Shown here piece by piece: positions 26,481 to 41,909 of a stretch of DNA of 64,000 bases; the first letter of the stretch is position 1, and each line of letters begins with the position of its first letter. The translations under genes and the position numbers were made by a program. The stretch spans positions 66,588,001-66,652,000 of the forward strand of contig NC_043005.1 of NCBI RefSeq assembly GCF_006345805.1, in the 5' to 3' direction. Below the pieces are notes generated by a model that was given only the letters and a program-made list of their open reading frames with translations, was not told the DNA's origin and did not search any database. Source of the DNA: Octopus sinensis. Taxonomy: Eukaryota.

Positions 26481-26680
26481 TTTGAAACCAATAATGATAT
26501 ACACATACACAAATATTTATACGTGGATTCTCACACACAAACAACCAAATATAAATATATATAAAAATACGTAATTTTTCAATAAAAAGCAATGATATAT
26601 CTTAAAATAATAACACGAAATATCTTAACAAATATATTCTGTTAACTAAATCTTTAAACTATTTTTATTGAAAAATTACG

Positions 26681-26715
<35 letters not shown>

Positions 26716-27073
26716 CCCTACACGATAATATACGTATATTTATTTATTTAATTATTTAATTATTTTTATCTTGGACCTGAAGAGGTACTATATTTAAATT
26801 GAATTGATTTTACTGCTATCAGTTTGAAAATACACGTGTAGTCTTTTTACTAATTATATACTATTTATTTATTATTTTGTACTTTGCTTAATTATAGGTA
26901 TATATTTTATCGTATATTTAATTTTTTCTATATTGTAAGATTTAATTATATCATTGTTGAACTGGTACATGGCGGTTCGTCTCTAATTTATATACGTATA
27001 TTATATATTGTAAAATTTGATTTAGTATTACCAAATTGAATTTTTCCCTGTAATTTGGAATCATTTTCCCTCA

Positions 27074-27105
<32 letters not shown>

Positions 27106-27112
27106 TATTATA

Positions 27113-27173
<61 letters not shown>

Positions 27174-27967
27174 GATTATCCCCACGTGATGAGTTGTAAT
27201 ATATATCAGAAATTTTAACATCATTTTTGATATATCTTGTCGACCGGTTTCACTTTCGCTATTCATAACATTGTAATTCATTTAAAAACGTATTTTCTTA
27301 AGAAAAGTTTTGTTTTTGGTTCATGTTGTGTGTGAAATTTATGAGTGAATGATTCAACAACTAGTATATATATAAACAATAGTATATATATATACATATA
27401 TATGTATATAGATTGATAGATAGATAGATAGATAGATACATACATACATACATACATACATACATACATACATACATACATACATACATGCATACATACA
27501 TACATACGTACATACATGCATACATACATGCATACATACATACGTACGTAATTACATACATACATATATACATACATTAATACATATATTGTATTATTCT
27601 AATAATCTCTCTCAGCCAGGGGCTCTCACCATGCTGAGCTTCTATATAAATTACATCGAGTCATTCAATAATATTTGGCAGAGTAATATTTGAAATGTCC
27701 TATTTTTTCTTCACGGCCAATGTTAAGCAATCTATTATGGTTCTCTAGATACCACAGAATGATTACGCCAAACCTATTTTCAGTTACATTGCTCTTCCCA
27801 GAGGATAATCTCCAAACAATTAGATTTAAGAGTTAGAAAATCAAAGTTATTTACAGCATATTGAATGCTACATATTTCAATCTTTGAAGCAAGTGTCAAC
27901 GTTTTCCTTGTAAAAATAACACCCACCTACATGTCTATATATATGATTATGTGTGTACATGTATGTA

Positions 27968-28067
<100 letters not shown>

Positions 28068-28669
28068 GAGAGGCAGACTGATGGAGAGATAGATTGATCG
28101 ATATGTCTGTCTATCTCTCTGATTAGCTATCAGCAGATTTGTGGGTATATGTATAAATTCACCTGTATGTATATGAGTTTATATACATACAAACATACAT
28201 ATATGTATATATTTAAAAGGTAAAAAATAGCTAATGACTTGATTTGTAGGCAGATATTTTGGTAACCAGATAAAGAGTTAAATAGATCGACGTATGAATA
28301 TGTATTGATAGATAGTTTGAAAGTACAGGCGGATCACGCCTACTTTGAAAAGACAAGACTAAAAGGTATGCGAATTTTAAGAAGTATAAATGGGCACACT
28401 GAAGGGGAGACAATAGATTTTGGAAAGGAAATATTATATGGGGTTTTCTGAATGAAACTATTTTGTTGTTTGTCTCTTTCGATACATATCATCATAATTA
28501 TTATCTTTCTTCATGTTTTCCTCACGTTTGATTTTTTCATCTTATTTTGAGTCCAGTAATTTAAATCCTAATCTAGGAATATCATCAATAGCTTTTTAAT
28601 AGATTTTAATGACATTTTTAGTTTTCACCTTATCAATATATATCTTTCATCTTTATTTTTTTTTACTTG

Positions 28670-29020
28670 TTTCAGTTATTAGACTGCGACCATGCCAGGG
28701 CACCAGCTTCAAGAATTCTTAGTCGAGTGGGTCGAACCCCAAGACTTATATTTCTAAAGCATGCTACTTATTATATCTTAATTTTACCGAACCTTTAAGT
28801 TACGGCGACGAAAACACACAAACAATGGTTGTCGAATAGAGGTAGTGGATCAAACAGACACAAGCACCCCACCACACACACGCACATGTGTATGTGTGTG
28901 ATACGACGGGATTCTTTTATATTTCGTCTAATAAATCCACTCACAAGACTTTGGTAAGCCTAAGTTTATAGTAAAAGACACCTGCTCAAGATGCCACAAT
29001 GTGGGACTGAACCCGGTACC
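28670..29020 (-). mobile_element. tRNA-derived SINE remnant (third family)
   Basis: Minus strand reads ccgggttcagtcccac..ttgagcaggtgtcttttactata..accaaagtcttgtgagtggattt. Related pieces lie at about 35370-35530 and 50560-50915. Confidence 0.7.
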
Positions 29021-29734
29021 ATAATTATGAATTTTATTTTGTGGTTTCCTGTTGCTTTCTTTCAGTTTATTTACAACTTCTTTTGCTTGTTTCCTGTTCT
29101 CTTGAGCTAGACCTCCGAATACATACACCAACAGTCATACACTCACACATATACACGCACCTTTACACACACAAAATTAGGGTTACATACGTAACCAAAA
29201 TATCTATTCCTGTCATCCTTCACAACGAATGAAAATTACAGTTTTCGATTAGCAACCTTTCAAAGAACAAACAACCTCATCAAAATGATGACGGAAAGAG
29301 GAATTGATCCAGAGAGCTCTTGCTCTGGGAACCAACTTATTAACTAACTACAATTGGTTTCATGATTTGTAGTGATATGCATTTATTTTCATTAAAATGA
29401 GAATATTTTGTAATTGATACCACACTAAAAATGAAATACGTTATATGACAGGCAGAGAAAATTTATCCAAAAAATGTTTACTGTGATTTATACAATTCCA
29501 CAGCATTCGTCTATATGATTTTGATTTGTATAAAGTAATAGGACAGGAGGAATATAGTTTTTTCTAAAACTGTTGCTATCAATAAAACACACTTTTGTTA
29601 TCAGATATGTTAAACTTTGCAAAATCTTCGCAAATCGCACTCTACTGTCTTGGGATTTGGAAAAGCTTTATTGGAAAATTTAGTCTCCTTTGTCTAAACT
29701 CAGATTTTATACACACTCAAATACAATCATGCTG

Positions 29735-29848
<114 letters not shown>

Positions 29849-29940
29849 GCCAGTCTCCCTATCTGTCTGTCTGTAGATATATGCGTGTGTATTCCTATGA
29901 GTCTGTGTGCTTGTCTGTGTGTGCCTGTGTCTGCGTGTGC

Positions 29941-31217
29941 ATGAGCTGAAAAAAGTTTACAAGCTAATTATGAAGGAGTGATACGAAAGCTGTGCGATCT
30001 TATATGCATTTCTTTCATTCCTTCTTATTAATAACCACATTGTTTCTTTGCAAGTAAACTGACATCTAACTGTTTAAAGAATAGAATACTTCAAAAGTAA
30101 CTAGTAGCAACTTCCCTTGAAAACGGACAAATTTTGGTACTCTGGTGGTGTTATCAAGTACCTGCAGAAAAAAGAGTTTAGCCCCCAAAGACATTCATGC
30201 TGGGGTAATTGCTACATTAAAGGACGACGCTCCAGCTTTATCAACAGTAAAACGTGGGTAGCTGAATTTTGGAGAGGAAATAAGAGTCTTGAAGATGACG
30301 CAAGGTCTGAACGTCCTGCATCTACTACCCACGAGGAAAACATTGATCATGTTCACTACATGGTGATGGATAACAAGCGACCGACTATAAATCAAACAGC
30401 CAATGGTATTAGCATAGCCTGTGAGAAAGTTGAGAATATTGTGCACAATGAACTTGGCATGACGGACATTTTTGCTCAGTGGGTGTCACGTCTTCTGACA
30501 CATTTCAAAGCGTACCACGCTGATGACATCATGAGAAAATTTGATAATGCTTCAGTCAGATCCAGCTGGTTTCCTTGAACACCTAACCCCAGTTGAGTGT
30601 TAGGTTCATTACATTCACTTAACGGTACAAAAACAAGCCATGCAATGGAAAGACCACTCGCCTGCTCCAAAGCAGGCCAAGGTCGTTTCATCTGCAGGAA
30701 AGTAGTCACTTAAACTTTTTTGACATGCAAAAATCACTGTATTTATTGACTATCTTCAAACGGGTCACAACATCAATGGACAGTAGTATACTAACATGCT
30801 GATGCAGTTTTGAAAAGCTATCAAGACCAAACTACAGGAACGCGAAAGCGGCCTTGTTTCATCAGCACACAAGTCCTTGGTTTTAATTGCTGCTGTGCAT
30901 GACTGCAGCTTCGAACTGGTTGATCACCCTCCATATTCTCATCATTTGGCCTCATTTGACTTTCATCTTTTACCCAATATGACAAAAAAAATCTGGATGG
31001 GAAGCAGTGTCGCATTGATGATGACGTCATATCTGCTCTTTTTGACTTTTTTAGCAACAGGAAGAAAGCTTATTCACTAATGGGATCCAAGCACTGCAAC
31101 ACCAATGGAAGAAGTATGTGGACGGAAAGATGGACTATGTTGAAAACTAAACCTCATTTGGTTACATTCCATGAGAATATATTGATCAGCTTATGAACTT
31201 TTCAGCCCACCCTCGTA
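29941..31217 (+). mobile_element. mariner (DD34D) transposon, decayed, about 1.28 kb
   Basis: Transposase fragments KTWVAEF..SLEDDARSERP, WVSRLLT and HPPYSHHLASFDF. The 3' TIR gaacttttcagcccaccctcgta matches a degenerate 5' TIR gagctgaaaaaagtttac. Confidence 0.92.
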
Positions 31218-31774
31218 TTTCAATATTTGTCGGGAATTTATATGTAATCTTCCATCCAGACTTAACGTTGCAAAATAATGCCAATCTTGAATTATATAGT
31301 GTTCATATTTTTGTGTTAAACGCTATCTGCTGATGCCACCTACATCCAAATCTACGGAATAGGAATTTAAATGTTAGATTAATTAGCTCTATTGCGAAGG
31401 GTGCATCATAAAGGCAATATCGTGTGTTGACTACTGACCGACGGACTAATTTTGTAAATATCTCGCTGGGACAATTTCTCAACAGAAGAATAAATAAGTG
31501 TTAATATTTGAATAGATGCAGCTAATAAGATATCGGAATATTCAATTACGCTTTGCTAATGTCCCTGTATGAGTGGGAATATCACTGTTTAATGAAGTGT
31601 GAGTTTACGATGATCTGTTTTCAGCAATTACGATTCAAACAGAGCTTGATATAAATTCTGTTTGCCTTTAAGCCATTGTAAACATTCCGTATAATGAATT
31701 ATAGATTACATAATATACTTGATTGAGAAAGTAAACTGGGAGGCATCCTAGGATTAAAACAAATCGGCACATAT

Positions 31775-31850
<76 letters not shown>

Positions 31851-34324
31851 TGTCTTTTATATATATAACGGTATATGAATATAGTTATGTATTGTGAGTA
31901 CAGGCTTATACATTATGGGGCTGTACAAAGATATGTTTACACTTTTAAATGCCTACAGACGTATCTATACTTGAAGGTCTATAAATGCACGCATTCATAC
32001 ACGCTTCCCATAAAGGAATATATTGAAAATGGGGTTCTGTGAGTGTTGCACGAGATTACTATATGCCGGATAAATGAATAGAATTGTCTCTGGTTGTTGA
32101 AATACAATAAGAGTGGTGGAACGAAGACAGATAAGTTTGTGGATGTATGGAGCTAGATAGTTAAGAATACAAGTAGAACAACATTTGTTATTCTACGGGT
32201 TATATAAGATAGTCTCTAAGAATGTTTTCATTTGTGGTAATTTACCTTTTAAATGGAATTGAATTCTGACACGATTAAAAGATCTAATCTTTTTATTTTA
32301 AGTGGTTCCACTTAATAATTAAGTTCTAGATTTTTCAAACGTTAATCACTCTCAACTATTTCAAACCAGTTTCACAACAGTATGTAGGCTTCAAACTTGT
32401 TAAGAAGGTCTGTATGCTATGAAACGTGCATCGAATCAAAACTTGTATGTCAAAACACAAAAGACAGTATAATGCGTTTCGTTGTTAACAAACTATTTTA
32501 AAACATATGAAGATAATTGACAAAATACTCCTGCTGAAAACATCAACAGCTCTAAGTGTCAAAAAAAGTGTTTAAAATAAACAATAAGACAGTTTATAAA
32601 ACGAAAACGGAATCTTTGGTAGAAGGGCTCATCCACCAACATGAATTCAGACGGTGGAGAACTTTGCCAAAAACATGATTTCTTCTCTATTTATAACCTG
32701 TGGTAGACTTTAAATGTAACCTTCATTTGTAATGCAGACCGTTGTCTACTATCTTTTTTCTGTGGCTATTTTTAACCACTCAATATCATATATGTAGTGA
32801 GTCAAATTTTGAGTTTAAAATTTCAAGATCATGGCGAGTGCGTACCACAAAACCATTGTAACAGCGATAAAAATCGTTAGAGATGATGTAGTACCTTTGG
32901 TGATTGGGCTGTAGTAAGACATTGTAAAATATTTCAATATTCTCCATTTGAATGCGGTCGACAAATGTTTGTTTATTCAGTAACGGCACCGCCTGGTAAA
33001 TATGAGCAGTATTCAATGTACTTGAGTGAGCTATATAAAAATAATATTTTCCGCACCTAAAGAGAATCCTAATATTTGTGAGAACGTTTTTGGAGTTTCA
33101 TATGAGTTCCTCATGAAATTCACAAAAGATTGTGCAGCTTTTTGTTTATATTGGTTTTCAAGACTTTAATCCATGATGAGAGAACTGCACGAAGTTATCC
33201 TTGATATATGTAATGACTGATAATGTTGTGCGCTGTTAAAAGAGAAATTAAAGAGAGGAACGCATTTGAGACTTGTACGAGACCTGTGTCAGTGTATATA
33301 CACACAATATACACATGCACAAATAGATATATATGTACATAAATAAAAACGCACACATATGTTTATACGTTACGTATATTGATTATTATAATATTCAATT
33401 CAACTAATTATATAAAGACTAAAACACTGATATCATTCACTACTAATTTATCAGTTTTCTGCAATGAAGTTTGCATTAAATAGAATCTGACAATATTGGT
33501 AATCTCTGTCTCTGCCGACTCACTGACTTCTGAGATATTTCTATCATATTTTTATACTTTTATTTTTATGTGTATTTGTTTAATTATTTCACTGATTTCT
33601 AACGTTTTAGTATTATTGTAACTTTATACTAAATCACTTTCTGATATTTACACTTGACATTTAAAACTTGTAACAGCCGTATGTATTTCGCATTACGTAC
33701 ATTCATAATTTAATAAACTCCTGTTTTCAAATGTCGTTAACATTAATTTGAATATTCGTTCGTTTCATACGACCGCAGCAGATAAGTTCTGCACTACTAA
33801 CTAGATTAAATACTTACAAATACAATAATAACTACACTAAAAATATTACAAAGAGAGCTGTGGTGAGATAAAATCCAGAATCGGGAGCCAACATTATGCT
33901 ATGTATCCTGGTGAATGACCTGAATCCGAAACCGCGATAATCTTCCTCTTGCACGCGTGAATTATATTTACTAAATGTATTTTTTTGCCATATTTGCTTT
34001 CAGTTTTTATGGCTGTGACATTTTCCTTTGAATTTCCTAGTAGTTTTGTTTACTTCACATCATCAAATAATATTCTTTGCGATATTTTGATCAACATTTC
34101 TATATCCCGAGTTCAAATCTTGATGTTATAAGTATGCATTCTTTAGTCTAGATTTAAAATCATTCCTGTTCTATTCTACAATTTTATTCGATTCAGATGC
34201 GATACCATCATCAGGTTATCATTTTCTCTACAATAAAAAGCAATAGCTTCTTTTTGTATATTTCAGCAAACCTACAAATGTAATCATTGTCTCAAATTAC
34301 TCTCAAATATACTTATAAAACGTG

Positions 34325-34612
34325 GATGCACATGGCTTAGTGGTTAGAGCTGCGGTCAAGGGATCGCGGGTTCGAATCTCGGACCGAGCGATGTGTGTGT
34401 TTATGAGCGAAACACCTAAGCTCCACGCAGCTCCGGCAGAAGGTAATGGCGAACTTCTGCTGACTCTTTCGCCACAACTTTCTCTCAATCTTTCCTCCTG
34501 CAACTTCCAGCTCACCTGCTACGGACCGGCGTCCCATTTAGGTGGGGAACCTATACGCCAAGGAAACCGGCGCTATGAGCCAGGCGTGGTTCAAGAAGGA
34601 ACAAACAACAAT
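34325..34612 (+). mobile_element. tRNA-derived SINE
   Basis: A-box TGGCTTAGTGG and B-box GGTTCGAATC. The body is shared with the copy at 35.7 kb. Confidence 0.88.
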
Positions 34613-35159
34613 ACTTATAAAACGGGCCAACGAGGCAGAGGAAGGAACAACAAGGGTAGTATTATGCATTCATTTAATCTAACCTGCTTGAAATAGTAGC
34701 CAAATACTTTTCGGAAGCATAATATATCTTGCATAAAGAATTTATTCGATGTTATAGTCATAAATATATAGATATTGCGTAACTTTAGCCAAAGTACCCT
34801 CGATAATAGCTCCTCTACTTTTGTAGGAACGCGGTATTTCGTTATGCAATCTTGATATACTAGAAAATATATTAAACGCTTTTATAAGTGAGTACTGTGT
34901 TCTACTCTTGTGTTGGTGTGGAGTTAAAATACAACGACAACAAAAATACCAAGTTCTGAAAACACTCATGCGAACACATGCACTGAGACACACGAATATG
35001 TAGAAGCATGTGAACATATTTTTAAATTAGAGAAACTGACAATTGGAATATACGATACAATATGCCAATTACAAATTAATTCAATTTACTACATGATAAA
35101 ACGATCAATATCGGTACACAAGTGACTCATTGGATGTCTGATTCAATAAATGTATGATT

Positions 35160-35204
<45 letters not shown>

Positions 35205-35537
35205 AGAAAGAGGGGGGAAAGAGAGAGAGATAAAAGAGTAGTTAACAGCATATTGGTGAAGATATGTACATAATTTATATTGCTAAATAGTGCCAGCTTC
35301 ATATAATATACGACGGCTGTAAAAATACGTCCACAGACATATCTTCTTTTATATTTCATTTCTTACTCCAGTGATTGGAGTACGGCCATGCTGGGACAAT
35401 GCCTTGGAGTCTTTAGTCGAACAGATCGATCGAAGTACTTATTTTTTAGAAGGCTGGTACTCATTCTTTTGCCGAATCGCTAAGATATGGGACGTAAACG
35501 AGCCAACAAAGGTTCTCAAGCAGCGATTCGTATAGAA

Positions 35538-35604
<67 letters not shown>

Positions 35605-35623
35605 GTGGGTATGTATGTGTGTA

Positions 35624-35689
<66 letters not shown>

Positions 35690-35700
35690 TATACATATAT

Positions 35701-36070
35701 GTGGAGGCGCAACGGCCCAGTGGTTAGGGCAGCGGACTCGCGGTCGTAGGATTGCGGTTTCGATTTCCAGACCGGGTCTTGTGAGTGTTTATTGAGCGAA
35801 AACACCTAAAGCTATACGAGGCTCCGGCAGGGATGCTGTACCCTTTCACCACAACTTTCTCTCACTCTTACTTCCTGTTTCTGTGGTACATGTATTTCAA
35901 AGGGCCGGCCTTGTCACTTTCTGTGTCACGCTGAATATCCCCGAGAACTACGTTAAGGGTACACGTGTCTGTGGAGTGCTCAGCCACTTACACGTTAATT
36001 TCACAAGCAGGCTGTTCCGTTGATCGGATCAACCGGATCCCTCGTCGTCGTAACCGACGGAGTGCTTCCA
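35701..36070 (+). mobile_element. tRNA-derived SINE
   Basis: Head ggaggcgcaacggcccagtggttaggg..gtttcgatttcc, then body ttgagcgaaaacacctaaagct. Confidence 0.88.
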
Positions 36071-36072
36071 TC

Positions 36073-36169
<97 letters not shown>

Positions 36170-36625
36170 AGTTTGGTTGCTTGTTTCTCTGGAGATTGTC
36201 AAAATGATGTGTACGCCTTTGATGAGAATCCAATAAGGTTAGAAAATCGATTAAAGTTGTTCATCATTTTTCAGTCTGCGGAGAACTAAAATTTGCTCTG
36301 TTTGTAATCATACCATACGTTACGTATATATTATATCATACCTTGATACTGTGTGGACTAAGATCCCCGTCGACAGGCCGCTGGTATATATAGAGTGTTA
36401 AACACTTTCAATATGGAAATTAGGAGCTCCTTCATATAGTAACTGCTGCATTTGTTCAGTATATAAACAGTTTGGTTCTTTGTTTCTCTGGCGATTGTCA
36501 AAATGATGTAGAGTCCTATGATGGGAACCCACTAAGGCTCGAAAGTCGATTAAGTCTGTTCATCATTTTTTTGTTTCAGTCTGCGAAGAAATGGTTACAA
36601 TTTTCCCTGTTTGTAATTATACCAT

Positions 36626-37065
36626 ACTAGCAGCATAGCCCGGCGTTGCCCGGGTATGTAAGCGCCCCTAGTAGGCAACGACTAATCCCAATCTAGTCCT
36701 TTCCCTCTAGGGAAAGAAGGCGCATGTGTAGGTTGCAATGTCTTCTCTTCACTCGAATACTTATGTGTATACGATGTTCCTAGCTGTCCCTTTGGGCGAT
36801 AAAATGGTCGAGTTGTGTCCCCTGGACAGAAAATGTGTTGCATATAAAAAGCTTAGATTCTCGACCCCATGTCGAATTTATTGATTTTTTTCAGAACTGG
36901 GGGAACTTTTCTAAAGTTTCACTGCGTTAGTTTTGAATTATGACATTGGGCTATGTGTGAGTCAAGTTTCATCATAATCGGTTGAAAGCCGTGGTCAGGG
37001 TGAGGATACAACCTGACAGACACACAGACACACAGACAGACAAATTGCCGTTTATATAGAGAGAT
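36626..37065 (+). mobile_element. Non-autonomous Helitron/Helentron relative (DINE-1/Lep1-like)
   Basis: Starts ACTAG with the GC hairpin CCCGG-CGTTGC-CCGGG. Contains caagtttcatcataatcggttgaaagccgt and a (CAGA/CACA) microsatellite, and ends tttatatagagagat. No TSD seen. Confidence 0.7.
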
Positions 37066-37449
37066 ATGTTATGTATATACATAGATTCTCATCTTAATTT
37101 TTATGACTCTGTATTGGAACTGGTGCATAACACCGCTACATTTTTACAAAAATTATTTATCGGAAATAAAGTCGAAGAGTTCCATCCAGTCAGTTCAAAA
37201 AGGGTAATTTTTAATACATAAGCCTTTGCTTTTATAAGTCTTACAACAAAATATAACTTTACAAATAATTTCGCCTTTAAAATTTTATTTTATTCCCGGG
37301 ACACCACGGGCAATTTTCGATGTTTTCTGTAATGTAGATGTCCCGATTTTTTTCCCCACGTGTCTTCATTAATTATATAATTATAATAATTTCATTACCT
37401 GTATCTAACTGTTATTTTACATTTGTATTATTAATTTTTACAAACAGAA

Positions 37450-37938
37450 ATTCACCGATGGAGTTTGCAAGCGTATCAGTGCTGAATGAAGTCGATGTAT
37501 TTTCTGCTTTATTGAGTAGCAGCTGTATTAACAGTTTCTGTTTCTTTTGCAATTCCACCAACTACTGTTGCTGCTGTTTCTGTAAATCAATTACTGAAGC
37601 TGGTAATTCTTCCATGTTTCAGACAACGATCTATCCATCCTAAGTTAGAATATCCTCGTCACCAATAATGTTATGACAACCTTGGGGTGTGCACAAGGGT
37701 GTAGGAATAATATTACTCAAATATTTTGATATGGTTATCTGGAATAACCATTCGCGGAATAAATGTTCACGCACAACGTATTCCGTACTATGCCAAGCGT
37801 AGATACGATATTAAACTAACGCAAAAAATCCTTTACGTGCAATCATCGCTATCAACTGTTTACAATTCACACAGCTACTTTATTTTACTTTATTGAAATG
37901 CGTTAGTCGATTTTCAATTACATGATCCTTCCACAACA
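37450..37938 (-). mobile_element. Ty3/gypsy remnant: 270-bp LTR (37938-37669), tRNA-Ser primer-binding site and gag N-terminus
   Basis: Minus strand TGTTGTGG...ataaCA, then TGGTGACGAGGAT (37664-37652), a 12/13 match to the complement of the tRNA-Ser(GCU) 3' end. It continues MEELPASVIDLQKQQQQ*..ENTSTSFSTDTLANSIGEF. Confidence 0.8.
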
Positions 37939-37944
37939 TAAAAT

Positions 37945-37979
<35 letters not shown>

Positions 37980-38022
37980 TGGAAACGAGAACCTTCCTCC
38001 ATGTGATCAACTTGAGAAATTG

Positions 38023-39492
<1,470 letters not shown>

Positions 39493-41853
39493 TATTTGAT
39501 TGAAGGCCACGCATCCATTTCGAAGTAAGTCTTAATCTTTTTGATGCGACTCCACTCTATACTCTTTTCTCACTTATCGTTTTCTCTCTCATCCGTTCTC
39601 TAATTCCTTTTCCCCTTCACAGTTTTCTACCTGTCCCTCTCTTACTTCTTTCTCTTTTTCTCTCTCTCGTTGCTCACATGTGACCATCGTCCATCTTTCT
39701 TTTTCTCACCTGATCGTATTTCTTTTCTTTAGAGCTATGCTAAAGACTGGACGTACCCTATCTCTCTCTTTTATCTTTACTCTCGTCAGAGATAATTTAT
39801 CCAGCGTTCGCTAGTTTACGCTTGTTCTGGTCTAACGATCCTCTATGTTTGTTTTCGTTCTGTTTCCTTGTATGCCACCATTGTCCTGTTTTTGTTCCCA
39901 ACTTTGACTCTCCCTAAGTCCCAAATTTTATTTTGGGACTTATGGGAGCAACTGTCTTCGAAAACTCATATTGTCGTTGAGTGCTCGAGATGAGGAGTAG
40001 ATAGACAGCCGGCAACTGATGAAGGGTTGTTCTTTATGTTACTTCTGTTTTTCCATTTGCTTCTCTCGTTGTTTGCGTATTGAACCCATTTGTTTTCGTA
40101 TTTCCTGTTGTTTACTGTTGGTGACGTCCTGTACCCTTATATGCATACACACACCCACACAACACACACACACTCACACACACATATATATGCATATCAT
40201 ATATATATATATATATGCACATATATATTTTATATATATATATATATATAAGTGTGTTTGTGTAATTTAATAATGTCAAAGACCTATAATCCTTTAAGGG
40301 ATGTTTGCAGCCTAGTTTATGCCAGTGTTCAGTGAAAAACTAAATATGTTAGATCTACATTGATAGATATGGGTATTAAATTACTTATGAATAAAATAAA
40401 AGAAGGATATAGAGAAATTGACATATGAACATCAGTTTATTCAAAGATATTCAAATCAATATATGAAATTCTTTTTCCTACAGCTGTTTCCATATTCAAG
40501 TGATTCAATTAGAGAAATTAAATTAAATTAATTATAAATTTTCATATTGATACTGGTTAATTGGATATTTGATCAGAGGAAAATTTCCCAGAAAAGAGTT
40601 ACATTCCAGCGTGTTGGTCGAGCCCTTGAGAAATTCAGATGTGGGCGTTTTCGTAATGTATGTATTAAAAATACCTTTATGAGTATATATATATATGTAA
40701 AAACAAATATGTACGATATAGTTGTGCGCGGGCGTTTGTAAAACAATAGATATTAATGGTGGTGATGATGTTGCAGTTAGGGTGAACTAGATGTTATATA
40801 TAGAGAGACACAGGTAGAGAGGGTGAGAGAAAGAGTGAATAGAAGGAGCGAGGGAGTTAGAGCAGTAATATTATGTAATTGTGCATGCGTTTATATAAAA
40901 AATGGAAGCCAACAATAACTATGACGTATCAAAAACTACTAATTAATTATCATATTATAGTACCGAGTTATCAATATTTGTGTACAATAATTATTGCCAA
41001 TATGACTATATAAACAAAGGAAAACTTAAACGTTACCAAATATAATTGATAAAAGTTTATATAAAAAACTAAAATTACTAAAACCCGTAGCAACTAGAAA
41101 CCCATACATTTTGTGTTAGTTTTATAATTATATTATAAAATATCAACGACATATTCGTGAGAAACGTGCTTAATTAAATTTACTGGAAGCCACAAATATA
41201 TTGTTATCTGTGCAGAAAAAAACAACTTAATTTACAACTTTACCATTTAATTAATATTTTTATATCTATATTATATATACTAAGCATTCTATAATGCTTA
41301 TATTTGGGGATGCTAGTGTAATGAAACGGGAAGTATCAACATATTCAAATTTCAAGTAGTTTTAACACATAATTAATTATTTATAATAATTATAATATAT
41401 CCGATGGTAGTTTCTTTGAACAGCCATTAACATGCTTAAATACATGAAAAATCAAACCCTTTTCTCGTATATAAGATGAAATATTAATATTTTAATGTAA
41501 TATTTAATATTTATGTAATATCTACTAAGAATTCTTAATTCTTTATAGTAATAGATATTAGTGCACTAAACATAAAATACCGCCCGAAAGAAAGTGCTAG
41601 TAGCTTTCATATATAATTATTTTATTTATGATAATAATATATCTAATGGTAGTTTTTGAGAGTCCAGTTACATGCGTGAACACATGAAAAACCAGTCTCA
41701 ATCCTTGTATATAGTAGGTGCCTCCAGGCGAATAGGATTTGGTATAGCTCTTCGAGACAGAGAAAACAAAAGGGATTTCCGATCTTAAAAGCAGTAGCCT
41801 TGATTATAATTTCCCACTCCACAGAAAAAAAACTTTTTTCCTTGTCTTTCCAG

Positions 41854-41909
41854 AGCCATATGAATTAACTGATGCTGGTACTAGAGTACTTCATCCTATT
41901 ATTAAAGGT
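41854..41909 (+). CDS. Candidate 56-nt exon (xPYELTDAGTRVLHPIIKG), product unknown
   Basis: Strong acceptor ttttttccttgtctttccAG, donor GTAAGT at 41910 and an open frame. Confidence 0.4.

Noticed and set aside
27238-27275. Minus-strand GAAACCGGTCGAC hammerhead 3' half; a similar GAAACATGTGTC lies at about 24918
   Set aside because: No CTGANGA core survives upstream.
33900-34220. Two hammerhead-like motifs (CTGGTGA..GAAACCGCG on +; CTGATGA..GAAT on -)
   Set aside because: Both have core mismatches and stem I does not pair.
40016-40040. CTGATGAAGGG
   Set aside because: No downstream stem II partner or GAAA.
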